A stretch of DNA of 60,830 nucleotides, counting the filler. It is 7 parts of 7 records of this genome, joined end to end, with 100 filler letters (N's around TTAATTAATTAA, not from the genome) between each part and the next. Parts side by side here need not be neighbours in the genome. Positions count along the whole stretch, not along the records: positions 45,540 to 60,830 come from SRR31156797_16258; 6 more parts are not named here. One strand, given 5' to 3'. The position numbers were made by a program, and so were the translations under genes. Positions 51,942 to 60,830 of this stretch are shown here, in pieces; within the stretch, counting starts at the first letter, position 1; each line of letters opens with the position of its first letter. The notes under the pieces are model-generated. The model did no database searches, was not told the DNA's origin, and saw only the letters and a list, made by a program, of their open reading frames with translations.

Positions 51942-52712
51942 TCAGCCGGCGGGATGCTGAATCATCTTGTCCAGAAAGGTTCTGATCCGGGGATGGTCCG
52001 GATCGGAAAAGAGCTTTTCGGGAGCCCCCTTCTCGAGGATAACCCCTTCGTCCATAAACACGACCTGGTCGGAAACCTCCCGGGCGAATCCCATCTCATG
52101 GGTCACCACGAGCATGGTCATATGCTCGGCCGCCAGATCCTTGATAACCGCCAGAACCTCACCGATAAGCTCGGGGTCCAGAGCGGAGGTGGGCTCGTCA
52201 AAGAGCATGATATCCGGCTCCATGGCCAGGGCTCTGGCTATGGCCACCCTCTGTTTCTGCCCTCCCGAAAGGGTACAGGGATACTGGTCCCTCTGCTCGG
52301 ACAGACCGACCTTGGCCAGGAGGGCTTCCGCCGTCTTCCGGGCCGAAGCCTTATCGCTCTTCAGAACCGTAAGGGGAGCTTCCATCACATTCTCGATCGC
52401 CGTCTTATGGGGGAAAAGATTGAAGTTCTGGAACACCATCCCCAGCTTGCGGCAGCGGCGGCGCACCTCGCTATCGTGCACAGGCTTCCCGTTCTCTTTG
52501 AGGGTCTCCTGTCCTTCGATCCGTATGCTGCCGTCCTCCGCCTTTTCCAGATGGATAAGGGAGCGCAGCAGTGTGCTCTTTCCCGAGCCCGAGGGCCCGA
52601 TGACGGATATGATCTCCCCCCGGGAGACATCCATATCCACGCCCTTGAGAACATCCACGGCTCCGAAGGACTTCTTCAGGCCCCGGACCTCTATCATCTT
52701 ATCATCGCTCAT
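51942..52712 (-). CDS. Polar amino-acid ABC transporter ATP-binding protein
   Basis: [35 protein letters not shown] and THEMGFA motifs. Confidence 0.93.
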   Translation of the reverse strand: MSDDKMIEVRGLKKSFGAVDVLKGVDMDVSRGEIISVIGPSGSGKSTLLRSLIHLEKAEDGSIRIEGQETLKENGKPVHDSEVRRRCRKLGMVFQNFNLFPHKTAIENVMEAPLTVLKSDKASARKTAEALLAKVGLSEQRDQYPCTLSGGQKQRVAIARALAMEPDIMLFDEPTSALDPELIGEVLAVIKDLAAEHMTMLVVTHEMGFAREVSDQVVFMDEGVILEKGAPEKLFSDPDHPRIRTFLDKMIQHPAG

Positions 52713-52719
52713 ACCGTCC

Positions 52720-53367
52720 TCACTCATAAACAGCGTATCTCTGTTCCAGTCTCTTGAAGATCAGAACGACCACGTAATTCAATATCAGATAGATCACGGC
52801 GGCGATCACAAAGGGAACGATGGTAAAGTCCCGGGCCACAATCTCCTTCGAGTTCCGCAGGATATCCCCGATTCCCAGAACCACGATCAGGGCCGTATCC
52901 TTGACCAGGGTGATGGCCTCGTTGGCCACCGAGGGAAGGACGATCTTGACCGTCTGGGGCAGAACGATGCGCACCATGGTCTGCCTGTAGTTCATACCCA
53001 GCACGCGGGCGGCCTCATACTGCCCTCTGTCGATGGACTGTATGCCTCCGCGGAAGATCTCCGTGAAGTAGGCCCCGTAGTTCAGGACGAAGGTCAGAGC
53101 CGCGGCGTCGAACCTCTCCAGCCTCAAACCCGGGAAGATTATGGGCAGCCCGTAGTAGACGAAGAAGATCTGCAGCAGCAGAGGTGTGCCCCTGACCACC
53201 GAGGTGTAAAACTCCATCAGGATGCGGACTCCCCTGAACCCGGAGCGCTTGGCCAGGGCGCATACGAACCCCAGGGGAAGGGAGAGGACCAGGGTTATGG
53301 CGAAAAGCCTGAGGGTGACGGTACACCCGGTCAGGATGTACCGTGCGGAACTCAAAAGGTATTCCAT
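52720..53367 (-). CDS. Polar amino-acid ABC transporter permease
   Basis: [15 protein letters not shown] and GQYEAA motifs. Confidence 0.93.
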   Translation of the reverse strand: MEYLLSSARYILTGCTVTLRLFAITLVLSLPLGFVCALAKRSGFRGVRILMEFYTSVVRGTPLLLQIFFVYYGLPIIFPGLRLERFDAAALTFVLNYGAYFTEIFRGGIQSIDRGQYEAARVLGMNYRQTMVRIVLPQTVKIVLPSVANEAITLVKDTALIVVLGIGDILRNSKEIVARDFTIVPFVIAAVIYLILNYVVVLIFKRLEQRYAVYE

Positions 53368-53369
53368 TG

Positions 53370-54176
53370 TCAGCGCTTCAGCAGGATATCTTCAGCAAAC
53401 CACTTTTCGGAGATAGCGGCGGCGGTACCGTCCTCCGCCATCTCGTCCAGGATGCGGTCAACCTCGGCGACGAAGGCGAGCTCGCCCTTTCTGAATCCGA
53501 TTCCGTACTCCTCGGCGGCGAAGTCCTCGGAGGCCACGTCGTAAACGCCTTCCTTCTTGGAGATGTAGTAGCGCCCCATGATCTCGTCGACCACAACGGC
53601 GTCGATCCGGCCTGTTTCCAGGTCCATCAGGGCCTGCACGTTGTCCTGATACTTAACCACTTCCTTCAGGGTCTTTACGGTTTCGCCGTCGGAGTTTACC
53701 GCGTCGTCAGCGGAGCTTCCCATCTGAAGTCCCAGGGTCTTGCCGGCCAGGTCGGCCTTGGTGTCGATTCCGCTGCCGGCCTGAACGATAACGATCTGGC
53801 GGTTGGCGATATAGGGCTTTGAGAAGCTGATCTTCTGCTTTCTCTCATCGGTGATGGTCAGTCCGTTCCAGATGACATCGATGTCTTTGCTGTTCAGATC
53901 CAGGATCTTGGCGTCCCAGTCGATGGGCTGAAGCTTCAGCTCAACGCCCATTCTCTTGCAGACCTCTTTGGCCAGATCCACATCGAAACCGGTGATCTCG
54001 CCATCGTCTCCCCGGAAACCCATGGGGGGAAAGCTGTCGTCCAGGCCGAGGGTGAAAACGCCCTTGTCCTTGATGTATTTCAGGGAGTCGTCCTGTCCGG
54101 AGGCATCCTGAGAACCGCCCGCAAACAGCATGGCGGCGGCGCTGATCATAATCAGTGTCATAAAAATCTTTTTCAT
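53370..54176 (-). CDS. Polar amino-acid ABC transporter substrate-binding protein
   Basis: Spirochaete-style signal MKKIF...LFAGGSQD, plus FPPMGF, GFDVDLA and TITDER motifs. Confidence 0.92.
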   Translation of the reverse strand: MKKIFMTLIMISAAAMLFAGGSQDASGQDDSLKYIKDKGVFTLGLDDSFPPMGFRGDDGEITGFDVDLAKEVCKRMGVELKLQPIDWDAKILDLNSKDIDVIWNGLTITDERKQKISFSKPYIANRQIVIVQAGSGIDTKADLAGKTLGLQMGSSADDAVNSDGETVKTLKEVVKYQDNVQALMDLETGRIDAVVVDEIMGRYYISKKEGVYDVASEDFAAEEYGIGFRKGELAFVAEVDRILDEMAEDGTAAAISEKWFAEDILLKR

Positions 54177-54272
54177 GTACTTCTCCATAGAATTGTTAGA
54201 CTTCCAGTAGTATAGGCAAGCCGGAGGAATCTGTAAATAGAATAGCTCTCCCCCCACTGTAAATTGATAACG

Positions 54273-54300
54273 AAAAAGGACCGCTAAAGCGGCCCTTTTT
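54273..54300 (-). terminator. Terminator downstream of the helicase
   Basis: AAAAAGGACCGC-TAAA-GCGGCCCTTTTT. Confidence 0.7.
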
Positions 54301-54391
54301 GCATAATACCTGAATAAAGTGTGTAATTTTATTCGAAAACAGAATGAAAGCAGTGCCCGATAACGGGCATGGCCGTATGAACGCGCCCCTC

Positions 54392-56251
54392 TTACTTTCC
54401 TCCGAAAAGCCTGGCCAGAAATCCCTTCTTCTTGGGAGCGGCCTGAGGCGCCGCCTTGGGAGCCTGGGGCTTCGCCGCTGCGGGCTTTCCGCCCTGTCCG
54501 GGCTTAGGGGCTCCCTGGCCGCCTCTCTTCTGTCCGCCCTGCGCGGGTCTGGAACCGCCTCTGGCGTTCTGGCGGTTGCGGTTGCCGTCTCCGGAAGGAC
54601 GGGAACCCTTCTTCCGGTTTCCGCCGCCCTTCCTGGGCTTGGAACCGGATTTGGAGGCACCCTTGTCCGCCTGAACGGCTGCGCCGTCGGCCTGAAAGTC
54701 CTCTCCGTATTTTGCCTTGTAGTAGGCCAGTCTGTCTTCCAGACTGTTCTTGCTGCTGACCCGCTCCATGGGAAGGCTTGCGGGGGCCCTGTTGTCGTTT
54801 CTGTTCCTGCTGCGGTTGTCGGTGGGGCGCTGTCCCCTGTAACCGGACTTTCTTCTTCTGCCCCGGTTATCGTCCTGACGGTTGCCCTTTCTGATCTCCT
54901 CTTCCACCGAGTCCATGGAACCGGAAACCGCCAGCACCGCATTCTGAACCCGGGCGGCTCTCGCGTCCAGGGGTCTCTTGTTTCCTCTGTATCCGCCGCT
55001 GCGTCCTCTGCCGTCGCGTCCGTCTCGCCCGCCTCTTCCGCGTCCGTCACGGCGTCCGCCTTCGGAGGGGCCGCCGGCTCTGCGGTCGAAGTGGAAACGC
55101 ATTCCCGCGCTCTTGTCCTCTTCCATCAGCTCCTCGTCGGCCCAGGACACGGGGATCTTCTGTCCCGTCAGCTTCTCGATGGCGGGCAGTCCGTAGACGA
55201 ACTTCTCGCAGGCCATGGTGATGGCCTTGCCGCTTTTACCGGCGCGGGCGGTTCTTCCGATCCGGTGCACATAGCTCTCCGCATCGGTGGGGACGTCGTA
55301 GTTGACCACCAGGGCCAGATCGTTGATATGCAGTCCCCTGGCCGCCACGTCGGTGGCTACCAGGAACTTGACCTTGCCCTGCTTGGCGTCTTCCACAATC
55401 CGAAGCCTCTTCTTCTGGGGAAGGTCGCCCATCAGACACTTGGCGTGGTAGCCGTTGTGCTCAAGACGCTTGGAGATCTCATAGGTGGCGTGCTTGGTAT
55501 TGGCAAAGATGATGGCCGTTTCAGGATTCTCTCTCTTCATAATGCCCAGGAGGAGGTTCATCTTCTCTTCGGCGCTCACATGGTAAAGCTCCTGGGTAAT
55601 CGCCTCGACGGTCACCTGCTCGGGCTCGATGACGATCTCGCCGGGATCATTCATATACTCCCAGGCCAGGTTGCCCACCTTGGCGTTGAGGGTGGCGCTG
55701 AAGAGCATGGTTCTCCGCTGATCGGCGGGGGGCATCTTGCCCAGGATCTTCCTCAGGTCGGGAAGGAATCCCATATCGAACAGGCGGTCCGCCTCGTCGA
55801 TAACCAGGATTCCCATCTCGGAGAAACGGATCTTGCCGCTTCTGCCGAAGTCGATCAGCCTTCCGGGCGTTCCGATCAGGACATCGCATCCCTCTTCCAG
55901 AATGCGCTCCTGCTCGTTATACCCCACGCCTCCGTAGAAGCTTCCCACGCGGAAGTCCAGATGCTTGCCCAGAAGATGGGCCTCCTTCTCGATCTGCACC
56001 GCCAGCTCTCTGGTGGGACAGATGATAAGGGCCTTCTGGCCCTTGAAATGCTTGTCCTCCGTCAGGAGCTGAAAAATGGAAATAAGGAATGCTGCGGTTT
56101 TTCCGGTTCCCGTCTGGGACTGAGCGAACACATCACGGTTTGCCGTAATGGTACGAAACGTCTCTTCCTGTACGGGCATACAATCTGTAAAACCCGCGTC
56201 TTCGATACCCTTTTGGATATTCTCGTTAAATTCGAATTCGTTAAATTTCAT
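54392..56251 (-). CDS. DEAD-box RNA helicase (RhlB/RhlE-like) with a long disordered C-tail
   Basis: Q motif, QTGTGKT, PTRELA, DEAD, SAT, ARGL and HRIGRTAR motifs. Confidence 0.95.
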   Translation of the reverse strand: MKFNEFEFNENIQKGIEDAGFTDCMPVQEETFRTITANRDVFAQSQTGTGKTAAFLISIFQLLTEDKHFKGQKALIICPTRELAVQIEKEAHLLGKHLDFRVGSFYGGVGYNEQERILEEGCDVLIGTPGRLIDFGRSGKIRFSEMGILVIDEADRLFDMGFLPDLRKILGKMPPADQRRTMLFSATLNAKVGNLAWEYMNDPGEIVIEPEQVTVEAITQELYHVSAEEKMNLLLGIMKRENPETAIIFANTKHATYEISKRLEHNGYHAKCLMGDLPQKKRLRIVEDAKQGKVKFLVATDVAARGLHINDLALVVNYDVPTDAESYVHRIGRTARAGKSGKAITMACEKFVYGLPAIEKLTGQKIPVSWADEELMEEDKSAGMRFHFDRRAGGPSEGGRRDGRGRGGRDGRDGRGRSGGYRGNKRPLDARAARVQNAVLAVSGSMDSVEEEIRKGNRQDDNRGRRRKSGYRGQRPTDNRSRNRNDNRAPASLPMERVSSKNSLEDRLAYYKAKYGEDFQADGAAVQADKGASKSGSKPRKGGGNRKKGSRPSGDGNRNRQNARGGSRPAQGGQKRGGQGAPKPGQGGKPAAAKPQAPKAAPQAAPKKKGFLARLFGGK

Positions 56252-56537
56252 TTAGGTTTAATCTCACAACTTTTTGCATAGCTATATAAAGCGTAGTATT
56301 TGTTTAGTCCGGTCGGAATCATATTCATCTATAGGTCTTCCCGGAAAAGATAATAAAATTCCGGCCGGGAAGCCAGTGATTCAGTAAAAATTCATACAGG
56401 TACTGGGAGCCCCGTCCCGGGGATCTCCTGTCAATGTAACCTCTTATTTACTGCTTTTCAGGTTACAATCCCGAATACTATATATTTTTTGAGAAATATT
56501 GTCGATATATAAGGTATCTGTCCTTAAGGTTTAAATA

Positions 56538-58169
56538 GTGAAAATGAATAAAAAAACAATACCCTATCTCATACTCCCCGCTTTGCCCCTCTTAGGCTCC
56601 TGCCGGATACTGGACAGGGCCGGGTACGACGCATTTGCGTCCGGTCTCGGCACAGGGATTATAATGAGCAGCGCCATAACGGATTTCATGGGGGATACGG
56701 CGCTGCTCTACAGCCTCACCCCCGCCGCGGGCGCCCTGCTTTTCGTTCTGGGCCTCATCCTTTTCGTCCTGCATCCGAGAGACAAAGCCTATCTCTACCT
56801 CGGCCTTTCCGCTCTTCTGGGCGGCCTGTCGTACACACTTCCCTTCTGGGCGGACAGGGTGCCCCTTCCCTCCGAGTTCTGGTCCCCGGCCATGGTCCGG
56901 ACGCTGGCGCTCATACTCTACTGGCAGCTCTTCCGCGAGTGGGCGCGCAAGGCCCTGTACCATCGCACGAAAAGCTGGGCTTCCATCACCAACTCCGTAC
57001 TCCTATCCCTTACCCTTGTCTGCACCCTGCTTTCGGGACACTTCCCCTTCCTCACGGCGGGAGAATGGCCGGTTCCCCTGATGGGGATCCTCCTGTTCGC
57101 CGACTCCCTGGCCAACAGCATCCTCTCGTTTCAGAGGAAAAGCGACCGCAGCGGCGTTGCCGGGGTACTGACGATGCTGCCTCCCCTGGGCTGCGGGATC
57201 TGGCTCTTCTTCAGCAACGGATTCGGTGATTTCCTCTCCTTTGCCAACGAGCTCTTCTTCGTGCTTCCCGCTTTCATGCTGCCCTGGCAGCTGTTCCTGA
57301 CCCTGGGCCTGACCCAGAGGCGCATGTCAAGGCAGATAGACCGATCGGCCGTTCTCAGCTCCATGATCGATGAGGAGGAAAAGCAGAAGGACAAACTGGA
57401 AGAGCTGATAGAGGCCCTGGAACGGCAGAACGAAGAGGACAACCACATCCCCGACTACAGCCTGGAATGCGCCCGGCTGCTGATCGGCGAACAGGGAGAT
57501 TCCACCCTGAAAACGCCCGACGGCTGGGAGGGGAGCCAGAGGCTCAGCACCCTGAGCAACAGATGGCCCTTTCTGGGGGCCTGGTTCCACCGCGGCTCTC
57601 TCCTGTTCACAGAAAACCAGGGCAGGGAGACATTCAGCCCCATCCTCTATCTGGCAAGGGCCTTCTTCAGCCTGGGGGGCGTCAAACCGGCTCTCCTTCC
57701 CCAATCGCTTAACGACAGGATGAACAGCCTCTCACAGACCATGGAAACGGGGCTGTCCGGCATTTTTCTCCACTTTATGGAGGATGAGGTTCTCTGCGGC
57801 ACGGCAGGCTCGGTGCGCGTCTATCTTCAGAAGGGGGATGCGGTCATCCCCATCCGCTCGGATGAGAAACCGGCCACCTTTACAGGAGGATTCGGCGTCA
57901 GGGCCCATACCAGGGAGGACGGCAAGCCCTTCAGGCTGAAGGCGGAGCGGGGAGACAAGCTGATCCTGGTTTCCGTCAGCCTGACGGACAGAGAGATGGC
58001 CGCCACCGGGGAGGTATACGGTCAGAGCTCCCTCTTCAGGGTTCTGAAAAACAGAATATCCTCCTCCGCGGAGGAGACGGTGCAGGCCGTGGTTAAAGAC
58101 TTCGAAGACTTCGATATGGGCAATACGGAGGACAGGCAGTTTTACACAGCCGTCTTCAGAAAGCTCTGA
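56538..58169 (+). CDS. Multi-TM membrane protein with a coiled coil and a degenerate SpoIIE/PP2C-like domain
   Basis: About 7 TM helices, an EEEKQKDKLEE coiled coil, and LN..M / AG / GDKLILVS.SLTD....GEVYG patterns. Confidence 0.55.
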   Translation: MKMNKKTIPYLILPALPLLGSCRILDRAGYDAFASGLGTGIIMSSAITDFMGDTALLYSLTPAAGALLFVLGLILFVLHPRDKAYLYLGLSALLGGLSYTLPFWADRVPLPSEFWSPAMVRTLALILYWQLFREWARKALYHRTKSWASITNSVLLSLTLVCTLLSGHFPFLTAGEWPVPLMGILLFADSLANSILSFQRKSDRSGVAGVLTMLPPLGCGIWLFFSNGFGDFLSFANELFFVLPAFMLPWQLFLTLGLTQRRMSRQIDRSAVLSSMIDEEEKQKDKLEELIEALERQNEEDNHIPDYSLECARLLIGEQGDSTLKTPDGWEGSQRLSTLSNRWPFLGAWFHRGSLLFTENQGRETFSPILYLARAFFSLGGVKPALLPQSLNDRMNSLSQTMETGLSGIFLHFMEDEVLCGTAGSVRVYLQKGDAVIPIRSDEKPATFTGGFGVRAHTREDGKPFRLKAERGDKLILVSVSLTDREMAATGEVYGQSSLFRVLKNRISSSAEETVQAVVKDFEDFDMGNTEDRQFYTAVFRKL

Positions 58170-58221
58170 CCTCCGCTCCGGGCGTCCGAGCCCGGACGCC
58201 GGGATCATCAGATCGGCTGGA

Positions 58222-60168
58222 TCAGAGCTCCCGGGAGACCCATTTATCGTTCTTCACCATATCCACGACCTTGCTGAAACGGAGCTCAGAGCGGACGGAT
58301 CTGATCTTGTCCGCCAGGGAAGCGCGGTCCAGGCCGCAGCTTTCGATCAGCTGGGGACGGGTGGCCTGGGGCAGGAATTCCAGGGGTACGCCCAGGGCGT
58401 CGAAGCGAAGGTCCGCCCCCTCCTCTTTCAGCATGACGGCGATCTCCTCGCCCATGCCTCCGGCGGCGATTCCCTCTTCCACAAAGAGGATCTGCTCATA
58501 ACGGCCCATCAGTTCCAGGAGCCCCTTGCGGTCCAGGGGACGGATAAAACGCATATGATAGACATCGCAGACCGTCCCTTCCCCCTCGAGGATATCCGAA
58601 GCGGCGCAGCACTCCTCCAGCAGTCCGCCCAACGAGATGATCAGGGTATCCGCCTTCTCCCTCGTCCTGACGAGAACGCCCTTTCCCTCTTCGAAGGGAA
58701 GATCCTGGGTTTCGCCGTCGCAGTAGGCGCTTCCCTTGGGATAGCGTATCAGAACGGGAGCGTCCGCCTTCAGGGCCCAATCCAGGGCCATAGCGATCTC
58801 GGCCATACTGACGGGCGCCAGAAAGGAGATGCCCGGAACGTTCCGGAACAGGACGATATCGAAGATCCCCTGATGGGTCTCCCCGTCGTCACCGACCAGT
58901 CCCGCCCGGTCCATACAGATCACCACGGGCAGCCCCGGCAGGGCGATGTCGTGGATCACCTGGTCCACGGACCTCTGCATAAAGGTGGAATATATGGCGG
59001 CCACCGGCTTCATCCCGGCGGCGGCGAGGCCTGCGGCGAAGGTCAGGGCATGGGGTTCGGCGATTCCCACATCGAAGAAGCGATCCGGATACTGTTCCTT
59101 GAAGGGCAGCAGCCCCGTTCCCGACGCCATGGCGGCGGTTATGGCCACGACCCTGTCGTTCTTTCCGGCCTGGTCCAGAACGGCGGCCCCGAAGGCCGAG
59201 GTGGTGGTGGGGCCGGCGGCCTTCAGCGAGGGATCCACCTTGCCCGTCTCCACGGCGAAAGGTCCTACGCCGTGGAAGGAGGAGGGCTCCTCTTCGGCGG
59301 GGGAATACCCCTTCCCCTTTGTGGTCAGGACATGGAGCAGGACAGGACCTTCGAACTCTCTCACATGCTCCAGCACATCGGTCAGACGTTCCAGGTCGTG
59401 CCCCCTGACGGGGCCGACGTATTTAACCCCCAGGTCGGTAAAGAGGTTCTCCTTATAAAAGATCCCCTTGACTCCCCGTTTCAGACGATAGACCCAGCGG
59501 AGCAGGGCCTTGCCGATGAAGGGGATATGGGAGATGGTGAAATCAACGATATAACGGAATTTCCTGTATCCGCCGGTGAGGGCCAGACGGGACAGATAGG
59601 AGGACAGGGCGCCCACGTTCCTTCCGATGGACATGGCGTTGTCGTTGAGGATGATCACCAGGTCCTTCTTCATATGACCGACCGCGTTCAGGGCCTCCAG
59701 GGCCTGGCCTCCTGTCAGGGCGCCGTCTCCGATCACGCAGATGACCTTTCCGCTCTTCTCCAGAAGCCTCTCCCCGGCCAGCACGCCCAGGGCGGCGGAG
59801 ATGGAGGTGGACGCATGTCCCGTGTCGAATATATCGTGCTGGCTCTCGGAGCGTTTGGGGAAGCCGCTCAGCCCTCCCTGCTTCCTGATGGTGGAGAAGC
59901 GATCGGCCCTCCCGGTCAGCAGCTTATGGACGTAACACTGATGCCCCACGTCCCAGACGATCTTGTCTCTGGGCGAGGAGTAGACGCGATGCATGGCGAT
60001 GGTCAGTTCCACGATCCCCAGATTGGAGGCCAGATGACCGCCGTTCCGACTGACGGTCTGTATGATATAACTCCGGATCTCTTCGGCAAGGGCTTTGAGT
60101 TCTTTTGTAGACAGGCTTTTCAGCTGGTCCGGATGATTGATACCGGACAGGATAGGGTACTCTTTCAC
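58222..60168 (-). CDS. dxs: 1-deoxy-D-xylulose-5-phosphate synthase
   Basis: GGHLASNLG, WDVGHQ, GHASTS, GDGA...NDN, DVGIAE, YSTF.QR and DGETHQG motifs. Confidence 0.97.
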   Translation of the reverse strand: MKEYPILSGINHPDQLKSLSTKELKALAEEIRSYIIQTVSRNGGHLASNLGIVELTIAMHRVYSSPRDKIVWDVGHQCYVHKLLTGRADRFSTIRKQGGLSGFPKRSESQHDIFDTGHASTSISAALGVLAGERLLEKSGKVICVIGDGALTGGQALEALNAVGHMKKDLVIILNDNAMSIGRNVGALSSYLSRLALTGGYRKFRYIVDFTISHIPFIGKALLRWVYRLKRGVKGIFYKENLFTDLGVKYVGPVRGHDLERLTDVLEHVREFEGPVLLHVLTTKGKGYSPAEEEPSSFHGVGPFAVETGKVDPSLKAAGPTTTSAFGAAVLDQAGKNDRVVAITAAMASGTGLLPFKEQYPDRFFDVGIAEPHALTFAAGLAAAGMKPVAAIYSTFMQRSVDQVIHDIALPGLPVVICMDRAGLVGDDGETHQGIFDIVLFRNVPGISFLAPVSMAEIAMALDWALKADAPVLIRYPKGSAYCDGETQDLPFEEGKGVLVRTREKADTLIISLGGLLEECCAASDILEGEGTVCDVYHMRFIRPLDRKGLLELMGRYEQILFVEEGIAAGGMGEEIAVMLKEEGADLRFDALGVPLEFLPQATRPQLIESCGLDRASLADKIRSVRSELRFSKVVDMVKNDKWVSREL

Positions 60169-60230
60169 AGATCACCTCGGGCGGAATGGGATGCGCTTTA
60201 CGCGCCCATCGGCTCAGGGCCGAGGACAAA

Positions 60231-60259
60231 CAAAAGGCGGTATTGAATAATACCGCCTC
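60231..60259 (-). terminator. Intrinsic terminator between bS22/ncRNA and dxs
   Basis: Minus strand AGGCGGTATT-ATTC-AATACCGCCT followed by TTTG. Confidence 0.75.
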
Positions 60260-60362
60260 AATCTCACAATAAATGAAACATCAACCACCCTCGGTGGTTT
60301 GCGGGCAGCGTCCCCGAAAGGGGACTTACAATGCTGCAAAGCCTCTGTTATAGAAACTCCGC
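60231..60362 (-). ncRNA. Candidate structured RNA of unknown family
   Basis: Hairpins GCAGC..GTCCCC-TTTC-GGGGAC-GCTGC and AACCACC-GAG-GGTGGTT within G.U-rich closing stems, ending in a terminator. Possible promoter TTGAGC-N18-GATATT upstream. Confidence 0.45.
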
Positions 60363-60401
60363 TAAATATCACCAACAATATGGCTTTTGCTCAAGTAAAA
60401 A

Positions 60402-60491
60402 CTATTTGTGTTTGTGTCTGTTCTTTCTCAGTTTCTTCTTTCTTTTGTGAGTCGCGATTTTCTTTCTCTTACGTTTTCTACCACAGGGCAT
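60402..60491 (-). CDS. Ribosomal protein bS22 (AURKAIP1/COX24 domain), 29 aa; absent from the ORF track
   Basis: AAGGAG RBS. Translation MPCGRKRKRKKIATHKRKKKLRKNRHKHK*. Confidence 0.9.
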   Translation of the reverse strand: MPCGRKRKRKKIATHKRKKKLRKNRHKHK

Positions 60492-60602
60492 TACTCGTAA
60501 TCTCCTTATCTATCCATCCTGTCGGTTCATGCCCCACAGGTTTATTCAAATCCATCTCCGATTCACGGAGCTTAAACATTATGCCGTTTTAGGTACTTCC
60601 GG

Positions 60603-60830
60603 TCAAGTCCCGGAAGGGTTAAAATCCCTCTTAAAGTCCCGGATATCCTTCATCAGGGATTCCAGGTCTTCGGGATGCCGCCAACGCACGCCGGGCAGGG
60701 AGCGGAAAAAGGTCATCTGCCGCTTGGCGTAGCGCCGGGAATCCTGCTGGATTTGCGCCTTCACATCGCCCAGGGTCAGGCAGCCCTCCCTGAGGAAGGG
60801 GAAGAACTCGCTGTAGCCTATGCCCTTCAT
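60603..60830 (-). CDS. miaA: tRNA dimethylallyltransferase (C-terminus, 5' partial)
   Basis: GIGYSE...SRRYAKRQMTFFR. Confidence 0.9.
   Translation of the reverse strand: MKGIGYSEFFPFLREGCLTLGDVKAQIQQDSRRYAKRQMTFFRSLPGVRWRHPEDLESLMKDIRDFKRDFNPSGT

Noticed and set aside
45857..60246. Long antisense ORFs (e.g. 45857-47611, 51967-53544, 54344-56281, 58555-60246; likewise 35584-37017 and 38293-39456)
   Set aside because: They are shadow frames of well-supported genes in GC-rich DNA and carry no motifs.
60300..60350. c-di-GMP-I riboswitch on the plus strand (CGAAAG...GCAAAGCCTC)
   Set aside because: It lacks the GGCAAAC / GGACGCAAAGC arrangement and a P3 stem, and no plus-strand gene lies downstream.

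Overview
This window is not one locus. It is seven unrelated contigs joined by 100-bp artificial spacers (N44-TTAATTAATTAA-N44). Taxonomic labels below are inferred from base composition and protein resemblance only. (1) 1-5562: AT-rich phage tail module with a tape-measure-like gene, followed by a >747-aa tail-tip-like gene that is absent from the ORF track. (2) 5663-11467: Planctomycete-like Tad pilus operon (vWA TadG-like, cpaE, cpaF, tadB, tadC). (3) 11568-17240: Deltaproteobacteria-like segment (RND pump, DUF3313-like lipoprotein, FGE-sulfatase protein, ALDH). Its intergenic region holds REP-like repeats, a perfect 61-bp palindrome and a 99-bp MITE inserted into one repeat copy. (4) 17341-25713: Bacteroidales-like segment (GluR0-like K+ channel, leuS, YitT, M23 peptidase, T9SS serine hydrolase). 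(5) 25814-33605: Bacteroidales phosphorus-acquisition cluster (PiT, TonB receptor, beta-propeller phytase, porin, pstS). Two of its promoters share the same 11-bp-periodic Pho-box-like geometry, and a 28-bp direct repeat brackets the TBDR-phytase module. (6) 33706-45439: Alphaproteobacterial segment (pdhA, ACP-FAAL-PlsC fusion, ftsB, arsR-permease, mscS, phnDCEE). (7) 45540-60830: Spirochaete-like segment with an HTH-fused orphan N6-adenine MTase heading a pth-mtnN-luxS-pgl-CDF-pgeF operon, an amino-acid ABC transporter, DEAD helicase, degenerate SpoIIE membrane protein, dxs, a 29-aa bS22 gene absent from the ORF track, a candidate structured ncRNA, and miaA. The best leads are the unassigned structured RNA between bS22 and dxs, the MTase/SAH-recycling/AI-2 operon, the nested MITE/REP cluster, and the Pho-box and direct-repeat architecture.
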